A stretch of DNA of 64,000 nucleotides from an uncultured candidate division Zixibacteria bacterium (GTDB lineage: Bacteria; Zixibacteria; MSB-5A5; GN15; PGXB01): positions 2,432,001 through 2,496,000 of the forward strand of contig OY969724.1 in assembly GCA_963702205.1 (NCBI GenBank), in the 5' to 3' direction. The notes under the pieces were generated by a model that saw only the letters and a program-made list of their open reading frames with translations, was not told the origin of the DNA and did no database searches. Position numbers and translations under genes: made by a program. Below are positions 41,631 to 50,102 of this stretch, in pieces (position 1 is the first letter of the stretch; every line of letters starts with the position of its first letter).

Positions 41631-41716
41631 GGCCTAAGCACTTTACATTTCCTGGATCGGGTTCGTCAACCGCAAGGTGACAAGGATGTAACCGGTACCC
41701 AAGGAGAGGGGGAAAC

Positions 41717-41953
41717 ATGGATGATGGTTTTCAGGCGAAAATCCTGATCTGTGTCGAATGCGGTGAAGAGTTTATTTTTACGGTCGGGGCGCAAGAGTAT
41801 TTCGCGGAAAGAGGGTACACGGAGGACCCCCGGCGGTGCAAACACTGCCACACGAAGTTGAAACGCGACCGTAAGAACGGAGTCAAGCCCGGCATCGACA
41901 CCTTACCGCCCGACATTACCGACAAAGGATTTTCCGCACAGGATTCAGGCTAA
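41717..41953 (+). CDS. Small zinc-ribbon protein (zf-trcl-like)
   Basis: CVECGEEFIFT…QEYF…GY…PRRCKHC; RBS GGAGAGGGGG. Confidence 0.9.
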   Translation: MDDGFQAKILICVECGEEFIFTVGAQEYFAERGYTEDPRRCKHCHTKLKRDRKNGVKPGIDTLPPDITDKGFSAQDSG

Positions 41954-41976
41954 AAAAAGCCCCCGGAATCGGGGGC
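41952..41976 (-). terminator. Intrinsic terminator of the M6 protease gene
   Basis: GCCCCCG/CGGGGGC stem plus T7 on the - strand. Confidence 0.85.
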
Positions 41977-42045
41977 AGGCATGCCGAGTTATCCCGGGGG
42001 GGAGGGGACCGGAATAAACCCGGCCAACATACAATCCGATATTTG

Positions 42046-43815
42046 TTATCTCAAAAGTAACATCTTTTTGGATTCAGTTTGTCCGTCACAGACGACCTCG
42101 TAGAAGTACACCCCGGAAGCGAGTTCATTGCCCTGTGCATCACGGCCGTTCCATTCCACGGAGATATTTCCGGACGGAAGGTTTTCATCGATAAGTTCAT
42201 TGACCTTACGGCCAAGCATGTCAAAGACGGTCATGGTAACGTGACCGGCGGTGGACAGTTCGAGGTTGATGCGCGTGGCGGGGTTGAAGGGATTGGGGTA
42301 GTTCTGTCCCAGGACGAAAGATACCGGCAGAGGCGTTTGCTGATCGCCGGGGTCGTCGGTTCCGCTTGATAGTGACACCTGAACGTCGGCGGTCATGGTG
42401 GACGCGGACGGTGAGATGCTCGATATTACAATGGCGGTGTTGTCGCCGGAGTATGAGTCGGAAGAGGGTGTCGTCATAGGCGAGAAGGAGGTTTTATTGG
42501 TCGATCCGGGGAAAGGATCGCCGGTATCGCCCTGATCGTTTTTTTGTTCGAGTTCGAAAAGGCCGTCGGCCTGTTCCAGGGCCACCAAATAATTGCCATT
42601 GGATGTATATCCCGGGAACCAACGATGATCATTGTCGGTCTGGGTGTCATCGATATGCCAGATAAGCAGTCCCGCTCCGGGCAAATACGAGTCATAACCT
42701 GTCTTTTGACGGTTCTCGATCAGAAAGTACTCGTTGCCGGAGGCACCATCGATATCGATTCGATATATATTTCCACCAGATTCAACGTTTTCAAAATTAA
42801 AACCCGTGACGTTTTCGGTCAGGGTGGATTCGGCGGCAAAGCCAAGCTGAAGGCGGCACCACGCGTCGAATTCCGCCGGACTGTCTCCGGAATAATAATA
42901 CGATCCGCCGTGTGATATCAATGAACCGTTCCAACTGCCGTAGGCCATCAACGACCAAAGGCCGATGCCGTAAGAATCCGCACCGCTCGTGGGAGTCGTA
43001 TCGTACAGGTCCGGCAGTCCGAGAATGTGACCGAATTCGTGGCAGTACACCCCGCAGGTCATATCGCCGGGATCGAACCAGTATTCGGGTTGTATGGAAT
43101 AAGAAGAAATGCGAACTCCGTCGAGGACGGTAGTGGCACTGACCACCCATTTATGCGACCAGATGTCGGTATTAAGGCCGGTCATTTCCGCGCCCGGCCC
43201 GGTATGAATCAGAAGAATACCGTCGACGACGCCGTCGTTGTCGTTGTCATAGTCAGAGAAGTCGACCAGCGGATTGATCAGGTTGACGACGTCCTCACAG
43301 AGTCTCTGAGAGTTGTTCGGATAGGAGCCGGTGCCGTTGGCGTTGTTGCAATAGTAGGCGTACGTCTGAGGAGCGGTTGACCAGCCGACTTGCGACGGCA
43401 GGTTGACAGTGACGACGTCGAATTGACTGTATGAGACTTCATTGTAAAAATGCCGCAACGATCCCTGTTGATTGGTGAAGAGGAGCGTGTCGAACGACGT
43501 CGCGGTGGCCTGGGCCGGTTTGTCGGAAAACTGGACGAGAACAGCCAGAATGTTGAACGTGCCGGTATAATTGGAACTCTTGAATGCGGACGCTCGGCTG
43601 GGGTTGTTGACGCCCCGCTCGTTCAATTCGTTTTTGTGCTGGAGATAGTACGGCATCGCAATGCGGCCGTCCTGAATCGCTTTGACCAACCCCGGATTGG
43701 GCGGACTGGCCGCCGCGGGCAGCAACAGGAGGGTCCAGATGAAAAGCGAAAGAGCCGCGATGCCTACACATTTTGTCCGACCAGAAGTCGCATGGGATAT
43801 AGAATAAAGGTTCAT
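42046..43815 (-). CDS. M6 (InhA-like) metalloprotease with T9SS/FlgD-Ig C-terminal domain
   Basis: HEFGHILGLPDLYD, WSLMAYGSW, EYFLIENR, LGQNYPNPFNP…ASGVYFY…KKMLLLR. Confidence 0.92.
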   Translation of the reverse strand: MNLYSISHATSGRTKCVGIAALSLFIWTLLLLPAAASPPNPGLVKAIQDGRIAMPYYLQHKNELNERGVNNPSRASAFKSSNYTGTFNILAVLVQFSDKPAQATATSFDTLLFTNQQGSLRHFYNEVSYSQFDVVTVNLPSQVGWSTAPQTYAYYCNNANGTGSYPNNSQRLCEDVVNLINPLVDFSDYDNDNDGVVDGILLIHTGPGAEMTGLNTDIWSHKWVVSATTVLDGVRISSYSIQPEYWFDPGDMTCGVYCHEFGHILGLPDLYDTTPTSGADSYGIGLWSLMAYGSWNGSLISHGGSYYYSGDSPAEFDAWCRLQLGFAAESTLTENVTGFNFENVESGGNIYRIDIDGASGNEYFLIENRQKTGYDSYLPGAGLLIWHIDDTQTDNDHRWFPGYTSNGNYLVALEQADGLFELEQKNDQGDTGDPFPGSTNKTSFSPMTTPSSDSYSGDNTAIVISSISPSASTMTADVQVSLSSGTDDPGDQQTPLPVSFVLGQNYPNPFNPATRINLELSTAGHVTMTVFDMLGRKVNELIDENLPSGNISVEWNGRDAQGNELASGVYFYEVVCDGQTESKKMLLLR

Positions 43816-43855
43816 ATCCTCCCCCTGAACTAAAAGGTTATCGTGGTCGTATTGA

Positions 43856-43870
43856 GCAATTAAAATGCCG
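43856..43870 (-). promoter_or_regulatory. Putative sigma54 promoter
   Basis: - strand CGGCAT-N5-TTGC, 40 bp upstream of the M6 start. Confidence 0.6.
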
Positions 43871-43993
43871 GGTTGTGGAGTTTATATCTCCATGTTATGC
43901 ATATGGATACCGGTGCGACGGTATTCGACAAAAAGCATGAGTGAGGGATTTGTCCCATACAGTGTTGAGTTGAAAGAAGCTTGGTTGAAGACA

Positions 43994-44176
43994 GTCAGGT
44001 CTCATCCCGATTTCATCGTGACATGACCTGACAGAACTTCCAGCATTAACATTTGTCAGGAGCGCAGGGCTCCTGAACTATAGCAAATGCATATTGTGAG
44101 TATTTCAATTGAATTAAGAAAAGTACTGGATTCCCTCGTACGCGGGAATGACATTAAGAGAGTTTCGGGAATAACA
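43994..44176. repeat. Second cluster of REP-like palindromes
   Basis: GTCAGGTC…GACCTGAC, TCAGGAGC-gcagg-GCTCCTGA, CTGG-ATTCCC-N8-GGGAAT-GAC (44126-44152). Confidence 0.75.
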
Positions 44177-44194
44177 TCGGAATATAAGTACAAT

Positions 44195-44222
44195 AAAAAG
44201 GCAGGACGTGGGTCCTGCCTTT
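44195..44222 (-). terminator. Intrinsic terminator
   Basis: AAAGGCAGGAC/GTCCTGCCTTT stem; the A run gives a T tail on the - strand. Confidence 0.85.
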
Positions 44223-44249
44223 GATCGCAGAATAATACCGTGAAGGGAG

Positions 44250-45513
44250 TTATAATTTCAGGCCGGTCGAGACGGCAAAGTGCAGGCCTTTGGATTTATC
44301 AAAATCAAAGCCGCTGTGATTCGACAGAGCGACATCGATATAAAACGGGCCAAGATTGAGACCGGTGCCGCCGGATATGACCGAACCTTTGCCGCCGCCG
44401 GTGGCATAACCGGCGCGAAGCGGCAGAACGCTTAGTATGCTGTACTGCGCGCCGAAAGCGAGGCGCGGTTTGCTCGATGTTCCGGCGCCGAGCTTGAATC
44501 CCTGAATCCAGTCGACGGCCCAGATAAATTTGCCGGACGTCCTGGCAAAGCCTCCCTGCAGGTAAGAAGGAATACCCGTGGAAAAATTATCTATATCTTT
44601 GGAATAATCCTCAGAAACTACCAAAGAATCATTGTCAATGTTGTCGACATTCATCGAATCGAACGCAAAATAATATCCGTGTTCCTGTGTGTCCTTGTTC
44701 CAGGTAACGTTGCTGTACAAGTTGTGAATAGCCGCACCCAGAGTATAGCTGTCGGACAGTTTCAGAGCAGCCCCGACGTCGAGTCCGTAACCGCGACCGC
44801 CGGTGGCGGTGCGTACGGTCATATTGCCTTCACCCTCGAATCCGGTCATGAGAGTGGTTACTCCACCGTGGATTTCGGTGATTCTCTCGTAGCCGAAACC
44901 GTAGATGTATTTGGCGGTCACACCGACCGCGAGCTGGCGGGTTCCGTTGGTGATGAGAGGGAAACCGTACCGATAGTCCGGCGGTGCCGTACGCCAGCGC
45001 TTCGCTGTACATACCGTCGAGCGTGAACTGCTCGCCGTAGGGATTGCCGTTTAAAAGCAGGTCGAGAGCATCGCGTCCGAGGTTCGTTTCGGTGGCGGCC
45101 AGACCGTTAATCGAAAGGACGACGTTCCCCAGAGAGATGCACAGGGCCGAGGCTTCGGCATCGGCGGAGATGCGGAGACCGTCGGAGGGTATCTTTGAGA
45201 TAATATTGTCTTTATCGGCATCGGTCAGGAAGGCGCCGGTGTAATCGTTATAGTCTTTTAACGTGAAGCTGTTGTTGTTGATCTCAACTCCCGCTCCGAC
45301 CAGTTCGATACCGACGTTACGATAGCCGGACAGGCCGAGATTGGCCGGGTTGTACTGTGCGGCATAGACACCTTTGGCCAGACCGGTATAAGCGCCGCCC
45401 ATGGCGACGGCGCGCGCGGAGGAAAGGCCTGATGCCAAAGTTGTCGCCGACAGCGCGAGGACCGCAATGACAGACAAAATGACTATCTTCGGTGTATTAA
45501 TAAGCTTAAACAT
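44250..45513 (-). CDS. Outer-membrane beta-barrel (DUF5723/TraF-like); apparent +1 frameshift at ~44971
   Basis: Signal peptide, ARAVAMGGA…NPANL; removing one base joins the two ORFs as …GLSYGFPLITNGTRQLAVGVTAKYIYG…. Confidence 0.75.
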
Positions 45514-45527
45514 TGGTATGGTCTCCC

Positions 45528-47609
45528 TTAAAATTCACCGTCAAACTTGTATTCGACTTCAATGATGGCACTGACGTGGATGTAGTCATCGAGATTGATT
45601 TTGACGGTTTGTCCGTCGGTGCTTTGAAGCGTTATTATCTGGGCCGTGTAGAGGGTAGGATTTTTGAGAATTTTTATATCAGTGCTGTCCAGCGTAACAA
45701 TATTCCCGGATGAGACGGCATCGGTGACATTGCCGCCTGCGTCGGTGGTGCCGGCGTCCACGCTAAGCGGAATAATCAGTTGCGGGTTGTCGAGAACGGT
45801 GGCGGAATCTCCGCCGAGGTATATATCGACCGAAGCGCCAAGAGGCAGGTGGTTTTCGATGTTCGAGACGATTCGGGCTTCAACGACGTGATCGGTAATT
45901 AAATCTATATCGTTCTGGTCGATTTCTTCGGACGTTAAATCGCCCTCAAAAGTGGCGCTGTCGATAACCATCTCCATGGGAGATTCGATATCGACCGACG
46001 CGAAGACGTAATCGTCGCGGGTCAGTTGCCCGGCGCCGGAAAAATCGGCGCTCCCTGAAACACTGATGACATCCGGGACTGGATTGAGAAAATCGGCAAG
46101 GTCGTTTCTTGTGATAATGGTCATCGAAGGATCGGCGACCGACCCGGCCTGTAGGGTCGCGTCTATAACGAGGCTCTGGCCGTTGTCGCCGGTGACGGTG
46201 ATGGAAACGTCGCCGTCGAGACCGAAAGCATTTTCTATCCGGAGAATCATCTCGGCGTTGACCAGTTGTATTTCATCGAAGCCACGCGGCAGGTCCACGT
46301 TCAGATCAACGCTGTCGAACTGCGCCTGAGCGGCGTGCAGGACGCCTTCTATCGAAGAAAAGTCGACCCCGGAAACACCGATGTTGACCTGAATGTTGTC
46401 GCCCTCGGTTATGGTAGCTTTGCCGGGCGCAGTGGAGTCTATGACGACGCAGGCGGAGCAGGCGACATTCTGCGGGAAACCCTGATCGAGCGGCGCAAAA
46501 GTGTAACCGTCGAGGTCGATCACGACCTGCTGATTTTGATTGCCGCCGGCGGCAACGTGCCGGGTCAGCGGGACGCCTCCCTGGGTGAAATCGGGCAGAA
46601 AGACGTCGAGGTCGATGTTCAGGGCGGTGCCGTTCAATATGCTGAGGGTGGCGGTTCCGGAAGTTAGCCGGGCCGTCGTAATAGAATTATCATTGACGAT
46701 ACTCACCCGGGTGCTGAGGTCTTTTGTCAGCCGCGGAATTTTGGCGCGCGCCGATGTTACCGTAAGCGTGTTTAATTTCACGGAAGACGTCATTTTTTTG
46801 TCGGTAGTAGTAAGAACGGTACCGCCGGGAGTTTCACAGTGCATGTCGATACCTAACTGGCACGAAATGGTCTGCCCGGTGACTTCTACATAAATAGAGT
46901 CACGCCCGCCATCGGGGATAACATTTGGAAATGTCTTTGGCGGACTGGTGATAGTACGTACATAGTACTTGTCGATAACGTCGACCTGCACCAAAGAGAG
47001 GTCCACCCCGAGATCGTTGACGAGGACAATGTAGAAACCGCCGGTGGCGACGGTGGCCCAGTCGAATTCGGTGAAGCTCGGCAGGTCGTAATATATGTCT
47101 ATTCCGACACCCGGTATTATGCCGCCGTAGACGTCAATCAAATCGGTCAAATTAAAAGATTGATCGGGTGGTGAGGCCAGATCGATGTCGACCGAGCCGA
47201 TATTTTCGCTGAATGACATGGAAAGATCGTCGATGCGCAATTCTTCGGCGTCGATGTTGAAAGTATCAATGTCGGAGGAATAAGAAAAAATGATGTTGCT
47301 GTCCTCGTCGAAACCAAGCCCGGGCTGATCGATTTTGTCGATTATTTCCGGCATGCCATAAGTGCGGCTCATCATCGGGACGGTCAAATTGGTGGTCCAG
47401 GTGGGCGCTTCGGGCTTTTTAATGTCGCACTGGACGACGGTCAGAAAAACGAGGATGACGACGATGCCCAGGATAAATTTGAAACCGTATTTAACGAAAA
47501 ATGATTCGGCAAGAGCTGAGTGTTTTTGCCGCCTGCGAGGCGGCGGAGTCGGTGCCTGACTTTGGGGTGTCACCGATTCCGGGAAATTATTATTAAAGGA
47601 CTCAAGCAT
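45528..47609 (-). CDS. Large acidic beta-rich surface (lipo)protein
   Basis: Hydrophobic stretch ending TVVQC then PxW motif; repeated beta-sandwich-like segments; co-oriented with the barrel gene. Confidence 0.75.
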   Translation of the reverse strand: MLESFNNNFPESVTPQSQAPTPPPRRRQKHSALAESFFVKYGFKFILGIVVILVFLTVVQCDIKKPEAPTWTTNLTVPMMSRTYGMPEIIDKIDQPGLGFDEDSNIIFSYSSDIDTFNIDAEELRIDDLSMSFSENIGSVDIDLASPPDQSFNLTDLIDVYGGIIPGVGIDIYYDLPSFTEFDWATVATGGFYIVLVNDLGVDLSLVQVDVIDKYYVRTITSPPKTFPNVIPDGGRDSIYVEVTGQTISCQLGIDMHCETPGGTVLTTTDKKMTSSVKLNTLTVTSARAKIPRLTKDLSTRVSIVNDNSITTARLTSGTATLSILNGTALNIDLDVFLPDFTQGGVPLTRHVAAGGNQNQQVVIDLDGYTFAPLDQGFPQNVACSACVVIDSTAPGKATITEGDNIQVNIGVSGVDFSSIEGVLHAAQAQFDSVDLNVDLPRGFDEIQLVNAEMILRIENAFGLDGDVSITVTGDNGQSLVIDATLQAGSVADPSMTIITRNDLADFLNPVPDVISVSGSADFSGAGQLTRDDYVFASVDIESPMEMVIDSATFEGDLTSEEIDQNDIDLITDHVVEARIVSNIENHLPLGASVDIYLGGDSATVLDNPQLIIPLSVDAGTTDAGGNVTDAVSSGNIVTLDSTDIKILKNPTLYTAQIITLQSTDGQTVKINLDDYIHVSAIIEVEYKFDGEF

Positions 47610-47650
47610 TTCTCCCCCACGGTTAAAACTATTCGCTGGTCATCCTTTGG

Positions 47651-47696
47651 TGCAAGCCCTGTGCCAAATGGTTTCGGGCGGTCTAAGTCATTGATT
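47651..47696 (-). promoter_or_regulatory. Sigma54 promoter with IHF site
   Basis: - strand TGGCAC-N5-TTGCA (47651-47666); AATCAA-N4-TTA matches IHF WATCAANNNNTTR (47684-47696). Confidence 0.8.
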
Positions 47697-47781
47697 TATT
47701 ATGGGATGAAGCTGCGATTCCCCTGAACGGCGGGGGGATAAGTATTGGAATTTTGCCATACATTGTTGATGAGTTCTGGAG

Positions 47782-47810
47782 TTGACATCGGCGGGGGAGA
47801 ATAGTACTAT
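47782..47810 (+). promoter_or_regulatory. Sigma70 promoter of the WYL gene (probably leaderless)
   Basis: TTGACA-N17-TACTAT; ATG 7 nt after the -10 element. Confidence 0.7.
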
Positions 47811-47816
47811 TAAACT

Positions 47817-48767
47817 ATGAGCATGTCCAAATACGACCGGATGTTGTATATCCTGAATCTCCTTCGTTCGAGGCGAAATCTGAACGCCGCCATGCTGGCG
47901 CAGGAATGCGGCGTGACGGAGCGGTCGATCTATCGCGATATTGCCTCGTTATCCGAGGTCAACGTGCCGATCTATTATGACCGGGGCTATAAGTTTGCAT
48001 CGAATAATTTTCTGCCACCGCTCAATTTCACGATTGAAGAATACCTGACGCTGAAGACGGCTCTGGAATCATCGCCGCTATATAAAAGCGGGCCGGGGAA
48101 GAAACATATTAAATCGCTGCGGTCGAAAATAGAAGCCTGCCTGACGCCCGATGTCAAACGAGACCGGGCCTTGACGCCGCCCACAACCAGAGTCGATATT
48201 CGGAATACATTTTCGCCGACAAACTTCGAGAAGTATTCACCGCTGATAGAAAGGGCCATTATTGAATGCCGGGTGCTGAAGATGTCCTATGATTCACTCA
48301 AAAGCGGGCTGGGGGAGCGGGAGGTTGACCCTTATTTTTTGGTTTTTCGGGAGAGGGCGTTTTATTTTATCGGCTATTGCCATAACAGGAATGACATGAG
48401 GACATTTCGGCTGGATCGAATAAAATTTCTTGAGATTTCAGAAAATAATTTCAAAATTCGACCGGGCATTGATCCCTCGGATTATTTCCGTGACAGCTGG
48501 GGCGTATACAGCGGTGAGCCGGTAGAAGTTGAGATTATTTTTTCGGGGGCGGCCGCACGAGTCGTGAAATCAGGCCAACATCATGTTGGCGAAGAGATTA
48601 CGACGCTTGACGACGGACGGGTGCTATACCGCGTTACGGTGGCCGGGACTGAAGAAATCGGCCGTTGGCTGATGGGTTTCGGGGGAGAGTTCGAAATTTT
48701 GTCCCCGGAGGGCCTGCGACGGGAAGTTTGTCACTTTTCAAAATCTATAATAAATAAAAATAAATAA
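47817..48767 (+). CDS. wHTH-WYL-WCX transcriptional regulator (YafY/PafB-like)
   Basis: LAQECGVTERSIYRDI, REVDPY, YFIGYC…RTFRLDRI, WLMGFG…P. Confidence 0.95.
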   Translation: MSMSKYDRMLYILNLLRSRRNLNAAMLAQECGVTERSIYRDIASLSEVNVPIYYDRGYKFASNNFLPPLNFTIEEYLTLKTALESSPLYKSGPGKKHIKSLRSKIEACLTPDVKRDRALTPPTTRVDIRNTFSPTNFEKYSPLIERAIIECRVLKMSYDSLKSGLGEREVDPYFLVFRERAFYFIGYCHNRNDMRTFRLDRIKFLEISENNFKIRPGIDPSDYFRDSWGVYSGEPVEVEIIFSGAAARVVKSGQHHVGEEITTLDDGRVLYRVTVAGTEEIGRWLMGFGGEFEILSPEGLRREVCHFSKSIINKNK

Positions 48768-48774
48768 TATTCAA

Positions 48775-48808
48775 ACTGACAGATACTGACAGTGCCCTGT
48801 TTTATATT
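48775..48808 (+). promoter_or_regulatory. Candidate WYL-regulator binding site fused to a -10 element
   Basis: ACTGACAGATACTGACAGT (near-palindrome and direct repeat); TGACAG-N10-TATATT. Confidence 0.6.
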
Positions 48809-48871
48809 AGTCTCAGTAAATTGTGAAATTGCATAATTTTTTGTGCGAGGCCTTTGTTAACAGGGCAAGAC

Positions 48872-49492
48872 ATGACCAAGACCGAACGCCTGGTATATTT
48901 AATCCGCCTTTTACAAAACGGCAAAAGGTATATGATTGATGAAATTGCCGTTTCCTGCCGAACCTCCCGCCGCACTGCCTACCGCGACATAAAATCACTC
49001 GCCGAGATGAGCTTCCCATTTGTCTACGATGGTTCAGGGGGTTATCAATTGAAAACCGGGGCCGAGGGGGAAAGCCTGGCATTCACCCCCCTGGACCATG
49101 AAATTTTGGGGTACTCATTGAAATGTTCACCGCTGAATAAGCTGGCGGCCTTCGATCAGGTTATCAGAAATTTGGAAGCCAAGCTTTTGTCGCACAGCAA
49201 GAAAAAGAAGTCCGGCACGCTCAATTCGTTCATCACCGGTCGCCGTGCCGCACCGAGGCAGCTTGACAAAAAAGAGGATCAGATACTCAAGAAATTCACG
49301 TTTGCGATGATGTCGGGTCAGAAGGTCCATGTAAGTTTGTTCTCGGATGGATCGGAAATAAGTGCCGGCCGACCGACCCGTCTCGAAATTTCGGGCCGCA
49401 GGATATTACTGCATTTGAGATGCAACGGCGCCAACAAGACAATGGTTCTCAAGCCCGACGAAATCAGCAATCTGACGATACTCAGCAAATAA
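48872..49492 (+). CDS. wHTH protein with degenerate WYL-like C-terminus
   Basis: KTERLVYLIRLL…RTSRRTAYRDI…GGY; paralogous to the upstream N-terminus; lacks WYL core motifs and WCX. Confidence 0.8.
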   Translation: MTKTERLVYLIRLLQNGKRYMIDEIAVSCRTSRRTAYRDIKSLAEMSFPFVYDGSGGYQLKTGAEGESLAFTPLDHEILGYSLKCSPLNKLAAFDQVIRNLEAKLLSHSKKKKSGTLNSFITGRRAAPRQLDKKEDQILKKFTFAMMSGQKVHVSLFSDGSEISAGRPTRLEISGRRILLHLRCNGANKTMVLKPDEISNLTILSK

Positions 49493-49571
49493 GCTCAGAA
49501 GCTTGCGCTTCTATCCGGCCGATTTTCTATTTTTGGTTGACAAATCCAAACTTTGAGCGATTTTATTCGGT

Positions 49572-50087
49572 ATGAAAGGTTGGTCTGTCCGCGATATAGC
49601 CTTTGCCGGTACTATTGCGGCGGTATATGCCGCTCTAACTATCGCCTTGTCACCCATCAGCTACGGAATTTATCAAATCCGCGTGGCGGAAGCCCTGACG
49701 GTTCTTCCATATTTTTATCCGCCGGCGATCATCGCTCTTACGGTCGGCTGTTTTATAGCCAATATATTCGGCGGGCAGGGGCTTCAGGATATTATTTTCG
49801 GTTCATCGTTTACTCTTCTGGCCGGAATGTTGACGATGTCGGCCAGGTTTATCAATTCGCGCAAGCTCAGCATGATTTTAGCGCCGCTGCCGCCGGTCCT
49901 TGTGAACGCTTTCGGTGTCTCCTTATATTTGTCTCCAATTGTGGGCTTTAATTATCTATATACTGTCCAGTGGATCGGGGTAGGCCAGCTGGTTGCCTGT
50001 TACGGCATAGGCCTGCCGTTACTTTTGGTCATTGCGCAGCGCGAATCAGTGTTGGCCGGTAAAGCGAATGAAATTCAGTCACTCTAA
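49572..50087 (+). CDS. queT: QueT family transporter (ECF S component)
   Basis: IAAVYAALT…PISYG…QIRVAEAL, GCFIAN, PPVLVNA. Confidence 0.88.
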   Translation: MKGWSVRDIAFAGTIAAVYAALTIALSPISYGIYQIRVAEALTVLPYFYPPAIIALTVGCFIANIFGGQGLQDIIFGSSFTLLAGMLTMSARFINSRKLSMILAPLPPVLVNAFGVSLYLSPIVGFNYLYTVQWIGVGQLVACYGIGLPLLLVIAQRESVLAGKANEIQSL

Positions 50088-50102
50088 ACGATCGGTGAGA
50101 TA

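Noticed and set aside
49493..49571. preQ1 riboswitch upstream of queT
   Set aside because: No recognisable preQ1 hairpin plus A-rich tail; the gap is short and mostly promoter.
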